From the NCBI GenBank assembly GCA_051294375.1, contig CM119263.1:22160833-22224832 (forward strand): DNA of 64,000 nucleotides. The letters are read 5' to 3'. The stretch is from Paraspadella gotoi. Taxonomy: Eukaryota; Animalia; Chaetognatha. The notes below the pieces were generated by a model. The model made no database searches and was not told the origin of the DNA. It saw nothing but the letters and a program-made list of their open reading frames with translations. A program made the position numbers and the translations under genes. Positions 49,901-64,000 of this stretch are shown one piece after another (the stretch's first letter is position 1; each line of letters starts with the position of its first letter).

Positions 49901-52900
49901 GTGTCCCTTGAGGGTCTTGTAATTCATTCATGGTATAGCTGTCGTCGTAGAGCAGGCTCGATCAAGAGGACGAATACGATCCAGGAATAATACCAGGGCG
50001 AGAAAAGTAGAACGCACGACGTTTCGCGTCAGGTCTCGTGTGAGTATAAAGAACGCGACGAATATCACAACATTTAAGCGTTACACAACTAGATGCAATG
50101 CATGTACAATGCACTTGAAGATATTAAGACGACTATATCTGGATTCAGTATGACAAATCATACTGCTATGTAATAGAACAAGGGCTTTTTCATCGTCTTT
50201 CAATCAAATTATCTCACAACAGAGGTTTTCAAACACACAGCCGTCTGATGCCAGCTACACAGAGCCAGCTCGGAAGAGTGGTCTTTGCGCCGGACGAAGC
50301 CTAAAAAGGGCAGAGGGGAAAAGGGACACGCGGAAGCGAAAAGAACATCAAACAAGCGAAACACGAATTCTGAGGGGGATGTAGAATAGATTTGGAAGAT
50401 AATGAAGAATTGAAGCGATCGCCAACACCCCGCAATGAGTGTGAGATGGTTTATGAATATCTTCAGCGGTTTTCCACCTTGTCCAGTTTCGGAAACCAAC
50501 GATCGACCCCAGTTAAAAACCCCAACGATGCCCCTTCTAAAACTTTGAAACGAACATCGTCTCCGAGCAGGTGAATAAGGTGAGATATTTAGAGAACCGA
50601 CCGTTAAACCTTATGGAAAAAATAAGTGTGCTTCTGGTTAGAGAAAAAGTAACACTTCAATTCCTAGAAAGTCCGAACATCAACAAGGGAGAATGAAGCG
50701 CTCCAGGTCTTTTTCTTTTTGAGCGGAGATGATTTATAGATTTCGGTTTAGTTCACTCTGGAACTCAAAGGGAAAAAATATCTACCTGAACATTCAGTCT
50801 TCCGCTGCTGACTCCCGATACTCATAGCTCCACCCTGTCGTCTTACTGGGCGTCTCATGCGCTCTCTCTACAGGTCGTGCGTCTCCTCTCTCTGCGATTC
50901 CCCTTGCCTCGTGTGCAGTTATATAACTTTCTCTGTGTTTAAATTATTATGTAAACCGTATTCAGTATAACCGCCATTTTAGCTCTTTCCCTGATACTCA
51001 TCTATATACCCTGTTATCGACCGAATCCTGATACAGTTTAAATATAATCGCTCAGACTGCATTCAGAGTTTGGAATGTTTGCCAGTTTGTAAGAAGATTG
51101 TCGTTTTAACTAACAATCATAGTGACTTTATTAGAGTTTATGCACTAAGTCTTGATTATTTCTTAATTTTCAGTAAATTTAAACATGGAGCACCCTAGGC
51201 GAAAATATATTGCTCCACGGTCCAAAATAGGACGAAGAACAATATCTCTGAGGGAGAAAAAGACTAACATAATGGGTCTTGATTTATTATCTTTCCTCGT
51301 AATATGCAAAAGTGACAATTTTTACTGGAAGCCTCCTGGAGGCCGCTCGCCAATCTGGTCTATGGGCCCATCCGCGGCAGAGACTGAACTTCTTTATTCA
51401 GAACACTGACTCCACTCGCCTTCTTTTACTAAGCAAGGTTCAAATTGAGAAGTAATTCGACGACCGAAGCACGGAAGGAAAAGAATGAGACGGCCCCGCG
51501 GCCGAACAGTTGTTTTCTACGTCGGCCATTAGCGTCTAGTCGTCCGTCGCTTCGTCGCACCTCACCCCACCTGTAAACGCCCCCCTGACAACGAGGGCAG
51601 AGGGCCGACCTTTTGTCTGCAGAACACAGAAGAAAAAAAAAGCCATGATTACCCAAGATCGTGTACGACAAAACGGAGTTCTTGACTCTTCGATTCTTTC
51701 CCGAATGCGGTCTGCGAGTAACAAGGTCAAGCAGACCGAAAAGGAACGATATCTTTGTGTAATGTTTTTGCTTTGAAATATTCTCATCGATTAGCTCCAT
51801 ATAATTCCGTAATTGTGATACTCGTCCTTGGTCGCGTCCTTCAAATCTTTTTTTCGTGTCGAGACAGTATATTATAATACTTACCGAAGCAAGAATAGTT
51901 AATTCACCTCGTTACTTTCTACTCACCATTACGGAGGCGACAGTAAAGAGCTCGCAAGTACCTTGAAATCTACCGCGGCCAGAGTATACCTAGTCTGTTT
52001 ATCGTCGAACTCACCTCACCCCCTAATAGCCAACGAGCACAATACTTATCCTTACGACACCATCCCCGATTCTACTACTAGCAAGCCTACGCAAGCAAAA
52101 CCAAAAGAAAAAGTCAATTATCCTCTGAATCCTCATCAATCGTCACCTCTGGACACCCCTTTCAAGTATTAGCTGGCGAGCGGATGGAAAGTCACGATTT
52201 ACGGGATTGCAAAAACGGACCGGAGTGAAGAACAGATAGGCCGAATATAGGACTCAGCTGGGCGGCGAAAATGAAACACAAAGTACAGACCAATCATTTT
52301 CATCCATCATAATCGCTCAGACATCCAGGGTTTATCCCTATATTTTATTTATCGGGCCTTCAATTGCATTATTCCTTTTGTCCCTTGGGTTGTCCTACAC
52401 TTAATCAGTGGGTGTGGGCCCATCCTCGAATGCGATTCGTACATCCTCCTGCTTTCTGCCAAATCGTTCGCACGATCCTGTCTATAGGCTTGGCCAGCGC
52501 TCACATCTGTGCATTAGGCATCACTGCGAAGACTCTCTCGTTCCTTGGCGAGGGGAGCGAAAACAGATCAAGATGAGAGAGGGGATATCAAACTCCTTTC
52601 ATCCGTCTCGCTTTTGCCTAGGTCGTTCGACGATGGGCAGATTTGCCGTTGTCCTCTTCGTCTTGATCGTTCTTCAGTCAGTTTCGCTGTCCTCGTCGTG
52701 CGTGGGTCTTCAGGGTCGCCCTCCACCACTCCTTGATCTCGTCTTCTGTCTCTCCTGCGTTCCACTCGTCTCTTATATATCTATTTACCTATTCTGATAG
52801 AATTCCGCGGTTATAGAGCTTTTCCTATCGTCACACGGCGACATGTACTCGATACTCCATTCTGAGCATACAATGAATCTATTTGGTCTCGGTCTCTTCA

Positions 52901-55728
52901 CAGGTAACTCTGCGTCAATAACCAACACCGGCCACCCCATTTCATAGGCGAATAGTCTTGTTCGAAGTAGGCCTAACAGTGCTCTCGCTGTTTATACGTA
53001 TCAGAAGATTAGATAGAGGAAATCTAGACAGATTCCTTATATCCACCTCGCCCCGTGCGATCTTTTATATTGCCAAATTATGTTTGTCCTGCGTAGTCCA
53101 CCGACGAGTCCCGCAATTCAAATTTCTTCTAGCATCCATTATCCATATTATCCCTCTTAATTACGTATTGATGTATTTTCGATACTCTCTCATCTATGGT
53201 TGACTATTTGGTTGGGGCAAAGCAAGAATTCGTTTAAAATTGGTTCGTTACGACGACAAGGAGACCGAACAGGAGATCTCTCTACTTGATCTGTTCCGAC
53301 AAGATATAATTCGGAATCAAAACAAGGCCGCAAGCGGATGATCGCTATTCATTGTAGTAGCCTCGCTTCTCCTTACGAGAGTACCGGTATACGTCCGTCA
53401 GAAGAATGTGATCTGTCGAACAGCAACATTCAACCTTACGACTTGAGTTTGTTCGTCTGTCGTTGTATTTTATATTAATTTCCTATCTGATTAGTTCCTA
53501 CATCATGCATGCCCACCGTTGTCTCCGCGCTTCCTTACTGGGTGCGCCTACGAATGGTGACAATATTGTTACTAACACGAGGTAAGAATAGTGTGCCTCC
53601 AAACATTATCCCAACACACCGACCTTCCTTTTAGTTGTCCTTTCTTTTATGTCTTCGTTATCCCCTATCGCGGCTCAGGTATTGGCTTGGAAAGGTGATG
53701 CTAAATATACAATCACACCCCGCTACTCTCAGTTTGCATTTCATGAAATCAGCTTATAATCTATCATCTTAAAGTCAGAATGATCCGTCCTGGAGAACCG
53801 ATCCTAGGAATGAACTGTGATTGAGAAGAAACCCTTAGCTTTGGTAAGACGCTATGAGAATGCTTCCGAGCAGAGTAGACCTCGAACTAATATTGATTTA
53901 TTTTGTAATATTGTATAGTATCAGTGACTTACCTTCACCGATATACTAATATAACTCATGCCACAAAACAGAACTAAAAAACCGCAAACACTCTACTTTC
54001 GTATAAAATATGATTATTCGATCTAAAACGGACTTTTTGTCCTTTTGTTTAGTGGTAGAGGTAGCAAGGACGAAAGGAACATACTCGCTTCAATACTGGA
54101 TACACCATATGATAACGTGCCAATAAAAGTCCAAAGTCTTCAAAATGGTACATGAGTCCGATACTTTCTTGAGGTCCGTCGGTATGTGCGGTCCTACTCA
54201 GCGAATCACACTTACGACCCGCACATAAAGAAAACGTAGTAGAGAAACCGAATGGAATATAATTCGCCTATAGTAGGTTGCTCTATTTGTTCTATAAAGA
54301 CGAAGACGAAGAAACAGAACCAAGGAGTGCATGTTCATAAACAGCAAGGTCATGTACCATTGATAATGAATGTGAAAGATAACTCGTAGAGAAAATAAAG
54401 CACTGCGGCTGAAAGACAAGCTTAGGATAATCACCGGTACTTTTGTATTATGCGTCTAAACTGATGCTCTGACGAAGAATAGCTATAGGAACACTATCCA
54501 TCTGATTATAAAGTTTCTTTTATACAAAGCTGATATGTACAAACCAGATCTCGGAATGTTTTGATGCCACAAATATCTTGTCTTCATCTTTAATTGGGTT
54601 TCATTGATATATTTTATCAGTAACAGTAGTTCCACTAGTTATGAACTGATCAAAAAAAATACAACTTTTTATTATTCATAAATTTCTTTCGTATGACCGT
54701 AACGAGCGTTTATTAAAAAGCTTTTCGCTGGGAAAATTCATTTCGAATTTACACCAGTAAAAAAAAATTCCACTTTCTCAACCAGTTATCCACAGCGTTT
54801 CACTATGTTTATCGTGATTTTTTCTAGTATAATAATGGTTTTACGTTTCTCTTCTACATGAATCCCCTAGTTCTGATCAGTCTTGGAGACGGGAGGTCAA
54901 AGGTCGCGATATCGTCGTAGGGTGCCCGGCGACCCCGCCGCCTCGCGCAGAGCCCCCACATGGAAGCTCAAATATTGTCCGTCAAAGAGCGAAAGGAAAT
55001 TCGATCAAGTACGCTGCGGCGCAGGTTACGCCGGCGGCGGCGAGAGCGTGAAGACGCCGGGCGCGCTCCAGTCGCCACCGACCACTGTCGTCGGCTAATC
55101 AGCCGCAATCTCCTCAGCTTCCACGTCCGTGCGCCGGGTCTATTCTTCCTCTATGCAGTCGTCAGGCAACAGTTCCGCTGCTGCCGTCGGCGTTCAAGAC
55201 AGACGCGACCTCTTCGTCTCCAGCATATAAAAATTGGAGAAGTATGAAGCGATTCAAAGTTGATACATATGAAAAACAAATAGAGCACTTCGAAATCACG
55301 CAGAAACCGTAGTTCAGTATCTCGAAATTTTGCTATCGTCTCGTCGTAGGTTTGTTTTTTTTGTTTTTTTTTTTTTTTTGTTTTTTTTGTTCCATTTTTT
55401 CCACCGCGAGGACGAAAAACCCAAAAAAAATAAGAGAAAACTACCCCGGAGCCTTTCGATACATGGGATGACGCCGCCGCTACACCCGACACGTAATGAA
55501 TGATTTCCCCTTTTCACAACCCCCCCCCACAAGAATTCTTTTCATTGTTATTTATTTATTGCAGATTTGTCTCTATTGCACTGTATATCAAGCACCTGAT
55601 AAAGGAATTAAGTGCTTCCTGGAATACGTTTTTGTTTATTACGTAGTGCTTTGTTCGCACCCCCTCTATTGCGTACCAAAAATTTGCGTACACTTATTTA
55701 CATAAGCAAGAGTTATCACCGACATTTA

Positions 55729-55753
55729 NNNNNNNNNNNNNNNNNNNNNNNNN
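55729..55753. other. Assembly gap, exactly 25 N
   Basis: Run of 25 n ending the noisy block. Confidence 0.99.
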
Positions 55754-56316
55754 CTCTCTTTCTCAACACTACTTACATACAGACAGGTTGGCACATGGAT
55801 ATAAAAAAAAATCGCAAACTCAAGTTTCTTCTTGGAAATAATGAATGCGATTTTTTCTGAAAAGAGATTCTGCGACGACCAGACAAATTGAAGGCGACAC
55901 AAAGCGGATGAGGCGATGATAGCGGGACATTGTGGATGACAACAATGATAAAAGACGACGGGGGCAAGACGTTGCCAACGACGACGAAAACGACGACGAC
56001 GACGACAATGTTGTTGAAAAAAAATCTTACAGCTTTAATGACAAAAAAGAGGACGAAGAAAGAGAACGACGACGACAAAGACGAAGAGGACATCGTCCCG
56101 GGAGATGAGACACAAGAAAACCCTGCGACGAAGACAACGAGGACAACAACAACAAAAAAGAAAACAATGAGGCCCATAAAAAAAAAGGACAATGACTGAG
56201 CGATTAGTGAAAAAGATTGGCTTCTTTTATTTTTTCACTCTTCCCCATTTTCGTCCTATTCTTTCCTTCACTCCCTCTCTATCTCGTCTTTCCTTTCTTT
56301 TCTGCTTTGCTGGACA

Positions 56317-56771
56317 NNNNNNNNNNNNNNNNNNNNNNNNNNNNNNNNNNNNNNNNNNNNNNNNNNNNNNNNNNNNNNNNNNNNNNNNNNNNNNNNNNNN
56401 NNNNNNNNNNNNNNNNNNNNNNNNNNNNNNNNNNNNNNNNNNNNNNNNNNNNNNNNNNNNNNNNNNNNNNNNNNNNNNNNNNNNNNNNCGCCTCTCTGGT
56501 GTATCACTCCGCCGCCCGACCGCCCAGACGAAATAGTTCCTTCAGGTGCCATTTTAACAAAAGCCAGTTGAGAAACGACACCTGCCNNNNNNNNNNNNNN
56601 NNNNNNNNNNNNNNNNNNNNNNNNNNNNNNNNNNNNNNNNNNNNNNNNNNNNNNNNNNNNNNNNNNNNNNNNNNNNNNNNNNNNNNNNNNNNNNNNNNNN
56701 NNNNNNNNNNNNNNNNNNNNNNNNNNNNNNNNNNNNNNNNNNNNNNNNNNNNNNNNNNNNNNNNNNNNNNN
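56317..56771. other. Two sized assembly gaps (56317-56488 and 56587-56771) flanking a 98-bp island
   Basis: N runs seen directly. Confidence 0.99.
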
Positions 56772-57264
56772 NGAGAGAGAGAGAGAGAGAGAGAGAGACT
56801 GAAGGAGAGTCTTGAGAATCATAACCGAAATAATCAGTTCCGCCTCAAAGAAAAAGACTGGAGCGTTTCCTTTCTTTTATGCTCGTGACTTTCTATGGAA
56901 TATATTACAAAAAAAGAAAGCCTTATTTTTCATAAGGTTTAACTTCTAAATATTACATATTACCATAGATTTCGTCTCAAAGTTAAGGAATAAATCATAA
57001 ACCTGGTTCGTCCGAACTGGACAAAAACCTCTGAGATAAAACCATCTCATATTGCGGTTGTTCGGGATCGTCTTCCCAAATCTTCTTCCAAAAACAGAAT
57101 CGTTTCGTTTGATGTTTTTCGCTCCGCGTGTTTTTCTGCCCTTTTAGCTTCGTCGGCGCAAAGACAAAGTGGGTGAACCCTTTTCAACGCATATCATTTA
57201 AAACCAGTTGTCTAACCCCTGCCCGCCTTCTCACTTTCGCTTCTCTTTCTCACTCTTCTCTCTC

Positions 57265-57298
<34 letters not shown>

Positions 57299-58717
57299 AT
57301 CTCTCTCTCCCTCTCTCTTCTCTCTCTCTCTCTCTCCTGCCCTTTGTTTTCACTGTTTTGTTTGCGCGTTTATTTATGAGAGGAACGCGAGTAAAATCCG
57401 TTGAGCGAGAGACAAGGGACTTCCCTGCCCTTCGGTCTTTTTGTTCCCAAAGTTACTTGGTCTCTCTCCTAATGTACTGGAATTACAAAGAAAATCTCCC
57501 CCGGTTACAAAATGATGCCATTAGACAATATGACTGTTTTTAATACTCTTTGTACTCGCAAAAAAATAATACAAACTCGACGGATGTCAATCAATACACG
57601 ACATAAAAAAGCAAAAATTAAAAACTCACCAGTAAAGTATAATAGAAAAAAATTTTTTTTTTTACGAAAACATACCAAATCGTACTCCCGTATACATAGT
57701 ACTTCACTGAAAAAAAGAGCTAATTTTCGAACTAAAGACCCAAAATAAAAAGCGTCTCACGTCGCCCAGAGAGCAAAGGGGGCAGCTGCCAGTTCCGTTT
57801 ACATGCCTCGGGATATACGAGAGAATAAAGATCGGAACTCAATAAAATTCCCGGGCTCTTCGACCTTTTCAGCCCAAGAAGATCACCCATTTTGACCCCC
57901 AACTTCCCCACCAGGGAGAAACTCCTCTCCCGTCTCCTCGGCCCGGATACCTTCTTCCCTTTATGTCACCTTTTTTTTGCAGGTTTGGATTCGTCATAAA
58001 AAGTTGATAAAAAGAAATGAAACTCTTTTTGAAAAATTCTTTCATTGAGTGGGTCAAAAATCAGAAAAAGAAAGAAAAATAATTTTTTATATGTTAAATA
58101 TAGTTTTTTTGATTTGAAATCAAAATTAAGAAAAACCTATTTTAAAATTTTCGATTTTATAAGTATAGTACTATATATAAATATAGCCGAATGCGAAAAT
58201 TAAAAAACATAATTTATTTTTTTCAAATTAATGTTCACTGATGGTACGTTGTTCATAATCGCCTTTGAGAATTTTCGTTTGTAACTTAAGCTACTCTCCA
58301 GTCTCTCGGACTCACCAATCACCCCTTCTCGACCCCATCACCACTCACCTTTCTCTCTCCACACTCTCACACTCAAACGCACCAATCACTACTCACCAAT
58401 CACCCACTCACTCCTCACTCTTTTGGCGGGAAATATAAGACCCAAGATCATCAGGTGCAAAAGTTTCGAGTTTCCATCGAAAGTCGGCAATCGTTTACGG
58501 TCTGGGCCGACGCGCTTCTGCGGTACTCGCCGCGTGCCCGGCGCCGGGCCCCCGCCGCGGCCCAGCGCCGAGAGTTCGGCAGCGGCGAAAAGAGGTCAGG
58601 CTCCAGGATAAGGGGTCATGTTGATGAAAACCCGTCGAGTCGGCTACGTGGCCGCGTTCCAGCGATAAAGCAGGAAGAGCAGTGATGATGATGGAGAGAG
58701 AGAGAGAGAGGAGAGAA

Positions 58718-58796
<79 letters not shown>

Positions 58797-59450
58797 AAAT
58801 ATCTCGATCATCCTTGAGAATAAAACAATTTTCTGACCAAAGTGACCATAAGATTAACATTTTAATTCCATAAAGTTGATTTTTTTTATTTCTTCTTTTA
58901 TTTTCTCTCTCTCTCTCTCTCCTCAGTGCTGAAAAGCCGCTATAATTCTTAACCTTTTCCTTACATTACTTCTTATCTTATTCATAAAACTATCTGCCAT
59001 CTTTCTTTTATTTAACAATCCAGGTCAACTTTTCTCTTTTTTTTTTTGTTCTTTTTTTTCACTTTGTTTATATTTTCCATCGGTGACTTTATTTTTTTCT
59101 TTGTTGACTTATCGCCGGTGGCGGCGCTGTCCGTTTTTTCTCTCCTCTAACGCCGTTCGCCACGAGTTCGTAAAAATAGAAAAGCTGAAAATGTCGAAAA
59201 GAAAATAATTCTCTTCGGCACAAAAGAGGAAAAAAAATTATTTTCTTCGTCGTTCATCATATTTCGCGTTTTATGGTCGTCGTCGTCGTCGTCGTCGGAA
59301 ACGAAAGAATAAGAAAGAAAAAAAAGGGAAAAAGTGAAAAAAAAGGAAGCAAACGTCGAGTGTCAAAAGTTACGCGCGAATTTATGCTCGTTGGTGACGC
59401 AAACCGCGTTAGTGGGCGGAAAAGAAAACAAGCGGCAATGGGGAAAGGGG

Positions 59451-59563
59451 GAAAAGAAAAGAAAAGAAAAGAAAAGAAAAGAAAAGAAAAGAAAAGAAAA
59501 GAAAAGAAAAGAAAAGAAAAGAAAAGAAAAGAAAAGAAAAGAAAAGAAAAGAAAAGAAAAGAA
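59451..59563 (+). repeat. (GAAAA)n pentanucleotide microsatellite
   Basis: Long perfect array seen directly. Confidence 0.98.
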
Positions 59564-60256
59564 ATGAAAAGTGAAAAAAGAAAGAAAGAGCACGAAGAAA
59601 AAATAAAAGTAAATATAGAAAGAAAAAGAAAACTAGTGTGACATAAAAAGAAAGGACAAAGTAACAAATATGAAAGAAGTCAAAGGAAAACGATAAAGAA
59701 GACGATGACGTGGACGACGCCGACGACAAAGAAACTTTTGACCCGATTCTCGCAAATTGGGTCAAGTAAAATCTCTCGTGTTTGCGCGCGTCGTTGACAT
59801 TCGAAAGTTCATTCGCTTCGGTCACGACGCACGTCCTTCCATGTTCCGCCTCGTCTTCCCATGTTCTTTAGGGTCAGTCCATGTCCCGCTTCATCCCACA
59901 ATGTCCTGAAGTGTTATGCCACGTCCCTCGGCGATCGCACTCGTCTTGTCACTTCTTGTTCAGGCCCACGAAATCCCACTTCTTTTAGTTTGACCAACTC
60001 TCCCAATCGCGGGATTGATTGATTGATTGAATACATAGAAACTTCCCTTTTTCTGTCTACAACAAGCAGCTTGTCCGCTTCTGTTAAGTTGCTTGTCTAA
60101 CGCGTTTCTCGCTTTTCGTTTCTTCCCCGTGAGTCGGATTTGTTTTATTCATTTGGCGCACTTGATCTTTTTTATCGCGCACGTGATCGCCTTTCGTGGC
60201 GCACGCGCGTGGCATTCACCGAGATATTATTGACTTCGTCGTCATCGTAGACATCT

Positions 60257-60288
<32 letters not shown>

Positions 60289-62231
60289 TTCAGGTTTAAC
60301 CTTTCAATCTTTTTTCATCGCGTCGTTGTTGTCATTTTTTTTTAGCGTCGTCATTGTCGTCGTTTTAGAATCGTGGACTATCGAATTAATAGGACGACGA
60401 TAACGAAGATGACAACAACGTCAACGAAAACAATGTGGACTACTGACTACTGACATCCTGCCATTGTGAACACAGAATCACGATGGCAGTCGTCGGCTAA
60501 CATCTCAGGCTTCTGACTCCGACGACGAAGACAACGACGAGAGCTGAAAAAAATTACAAAGACGACGACGATGAGGACGACGATGACAAAGTCAACAACG
60601 AAGACAACGACGAAGAGTATGACAAAGACGAGAAAGTGTTTTTCGTCTCGCGCGAGAAGAAAAGGAAAGAAAAATGGGGGTGTTGTGGCCGAGTGAGGGC
60701 GTTACTGAGGATAAGATTAAAGATATAAAAGTTAAAGAACGAACAAGAGGAAAGACGAGCCGAAAAGAATTTCGTCACGCGGCGCCGCAGGGTGAGAATT
60801 AAGATGAGGTAAGGTAAGCGTTTCTGCTGATGCTGCTGCTGTGCTCGATATATTAAAAAGTCGACGAGAAAAAAAAGTGACTCATGAGGACAGAAAATCA
60901 TCATCGCCTCGACGCGTCGCCTTCGGCCGTTCGATCGAGCCGGTCTCTGAGAGACGAGAGAGAGTAGATAGAGAAAGAGATGAGAGAGAGAGAGAAGAGA
61001 GAGGAGAGAGATGACGAGAGAGAGAGACGATTAGAGGGAAAGGAGAGAGAGAGAGAGAGAGAGACTTTAAAAGCTGTCTTCGCCGCGAAAGATCATCGAA
61101 GGCTTGGAAAAGGCCGACCCACTCGGGACGGGTCATTATGCTTAAAAACTTCACTTTTTTTAAAAAATGAAAAAAAAAAAACAGATAAAGTACAACTTTT
61201 GAGGTTATTTTCTGCCTAAAAAAAAGGACATTATTGTCAACCTTTTCAAAAATGGCCGTTCTTGTCACAGCAGGCCAATCGATGAGAATCGAAATTGGGC
61301 ACGAGACGCGAGCTCGAGGCATAATTCTGGCAGAACGATAAAAACAAGTATGATGATAGTTGCGCACGAATATTAACGAACGATAACGAAAGGACTAAGG
61401 ACAAATGAACGAAGGAAGGAACGAACGACATGAGAAGCGAAGCAGGGAATAAATAGAAGATTGAAGGAATGAACCAATAATATCAACCACGAACAAGAGA
61501 AAATCGAGGAATGAGCGAAGGGCAAAAATGCCATGATTGAAGCCAACGAACGACTGAACTTGGAACCTTCGAGCAACGTGATAGAATAACAATACTTTTG
61601 TTATATGTACAATAGAATTTGTATATATTAGGCATTTAATCATAGAAAGAAAGAAAATAAGATGGAAAACGAATTAAAATCCAAACGAAAACATCTCCGA
61701 ACTTTGGATAGCATTGTCGGTCGTCCTTGACTCTGTTATCGTCATCACCATCATCATCATGATTTTGGGGGGAAACCATTCGCTAGGGGTCATTGACGGG
61801 GGGATTGAAAAGTCTGTCATGCGAAAATTAGGATCAGTTTGGGTTAACAAGATGTTTCAAGGGTCGCGGGAAAGTGGAGACGGCGACACACGACGACGTC
61901 GACGACGACGATAATGACGATGGCTTTTGGCGTTTATGTCGCATGATTTTTTTTCTTTTTTCTCGTCTGTTGCGATTTCATTAGTTCCAATTGAGATTTT
62001 TTTTTGTTTTTGTATGCCAGCTTTGTTTTTTCTTCGCGAAAAGGTTTCAATCCCGAAAATAAGATCGCATTTGCCAAAAAAAAAAAAAAAAAATAAAAAA
62101 CTATATAAATGAGAGAAAGAATAGGAAGTTCTCTTGATGTATGTATTTTGGTTTTTTTGAAGAAAAAGATAAGAAGAAAAAAGAGAGACCGCTATTATTT
62201 ATCCGGGAACACGTGGAGAACTGAGCTAGAC

Positions 62232-62281
<50 letters not shown>

Positions 62282-64000
62282 AGAAGAGAGAGAGAGAACG
62301 AGCGAAGAGAGAGAGAGAGAGAGGAGAGCCGGTTCGGTCACCCTCTCTCTCCAGCTCAAATCGTGACGAATTATTCAACTACAAAAGAGGAGTAAACAAA
62401 AAAAAGAGAGAAAAAAAAAAGAAAAAAAAAAAAAAACGACGAACGAGAAAATAAAAATTAAACATATTTAAACAAATGAAAAATGGCAAAAATTGTAGCA
62501 AAAGGAACTTTTTAGGAAGGAAGAAAGGGAGAGAGAACAGCGAACAACACCAGAAGGAAACTTTTGACGAGTGATACTTCTCTATCTCAATTAATTTTTA
62601 TAGTAATAATTTTAGGGGCGAAAAAGCAACATTCAATCGAAGAACTTACCGTTAAAAAATCCAAAAAGGAATGAAGAAATCGAAAAAAGATAAAAAAAAA
62701 AAAAACGAAGAAAAAGAAAATAAGTCTTTTTTAAATTTTATTCATTTCTTCGTCCTTTTTTATTATTCTCAGAATCTTGGGCCGAAAAAACTGTGTCAAA
62801 ACGCATCCGACTTTGTTGTCATTAGAAAAAGTAGAAGCAGGGATTTCAATTTTTAATAACAGAAAAATTCGGAGTGAGAGAGGCTCAAGTTCCGTGTTAA
62901 TTGAAGCCAAAAAAAATGGAAAAGAAATGAAATCGAGCAGAGAGAGAGAGAGAAGACTGAGGAGAGAGAGAGAGGAGAGGAGAGAGAGAGAGATGAGAGA
63001 GAGAGAAGAGAGAGGAGAGAGACGTACGAAATAACTCAGGGACCTTGAAGCTGCACGGCAGCGATAAACGAGAAGGGACGCGTTTTAAGAAAGAATGAAA
63101 TTACATTTTTTTTTATAATTCTTCCATCTCGATTTAAATTTCCAAGGAGAACGGGCACATTTTTCTTCTTTATTCGTGTCTTTTTAATTCTTCTTACTTT
63201 TTCTTCCTTATTCTTCTCGTCCTCCTTTTGTTTTCCATCCTTTTTCCCTCAAGCATCCCCGGATGTAATTCAAGAAACGTAAAATCGTCTTCGCTAACGT
63301 CGAAACCGAATGCATCTCAATAAAAAAAAAGTTCTTCCATTCATCTGATCTTCAAAATAAAAAAAAACACTCGGCCGCGCGAATTACAAATACGAGGTTT
63401 TCTTCGCCATTGATTTAAGGCCTTTAACTCAGCAGTCTATTTAAAATTCATGGGCCATGATAGTAATTATTACAGAATGGACGGATGATTTTGTATCAGT
63501 GTACCAATTTCTACATATTTCACATATAAAGACTGATAGGCGAAACAGGTCTCCACTTTTAAACTGTTAGATTTCAGGAAAATTTAGTCCCCTTTCATCG
63601 TTCCATATCAAAAACTATTCACTTACCAATCGCTCCTACAGGGAAGTCCTAACTGACCTGCAGAAAACCTTACCTATCACCTGAACACTCGCCAAACTCA
63701 TTCAAGTGCGATTCCGAATCGAGATTCGCCGAGTGGAAACTGGAACTAGATAAGAGACGCGACGCTACGCGTTAAATCCGGGAGGGGACGCCCTCTCTCT
63801 TCATTCTCTTCTTCCACATTCCGCCCCTCAACCCCTCTTCTTGACTATTTTTTTTCTTTACTTCTTTTCGTTATCTTTTTCCCCAATTCACCCCCCCCAA
63901 ATCTCACCGGGGGCCCGGGGCATCGATTCTGGCGAATTGCTTCCCTTCACCGAACCGGGCCTCGATTGTTTAGCCTGGGAACCAAATCATAATCATTTAG

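Noticed and set aside
54894-54906. DR1-like nuclear receptor element AGGTCA-A-AGGTCG
   Set aside because: A single site in error-rich sequence; cannot be trusted.
55612-56888. Long ORFs containing X runs
   Set aside because: Open only because they read through N gaps.

Overview
Eukaryotic (probably invertebrate animal) genomic window: AT-rich, full of (AG)n and (ACG)n microsatellites, with abundant CpG. Almost all ORFs in the supplied track come from microsatellites or low-complexity sequence. One gene is well supported: a minus-strand gene with three coding exons (22479-22130, 22036-21689, 21518-20222; canonical GT-AG introns, both phase 2, frame preserved). It encodes an unrecognised ~664-aa, mostly disordered, Pro-rich protein whose N-terminal half resembles, by eye, an ESCRT-III (Snf7/CHMP6) helical hairpin plus a MIM2-like motif. 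About a third of the window (33053-55728, between two exactly 25-N gaps) looks like unpolished long-read gap fill. It contains an indel-rich inverted copy of 27130-33027, a noisy direct copy of 55754-59320, and ~10 kb of noisy unmatched sequence; the layout could hide a heterozygous ~6 kb inversion. Also present: a HINE/DINE-1-like repeat family, a tRNA-derived SINE-like element, an unclassified ~200 bp dispersed repeat, two perfect palindromes with 1-nt spacers, a G4-forming minisatellite and several TF-motif clusters. No prokaryotic-type system, CRISPR array, rRNA or intact tRNA was seen. All alignments were made by eye.
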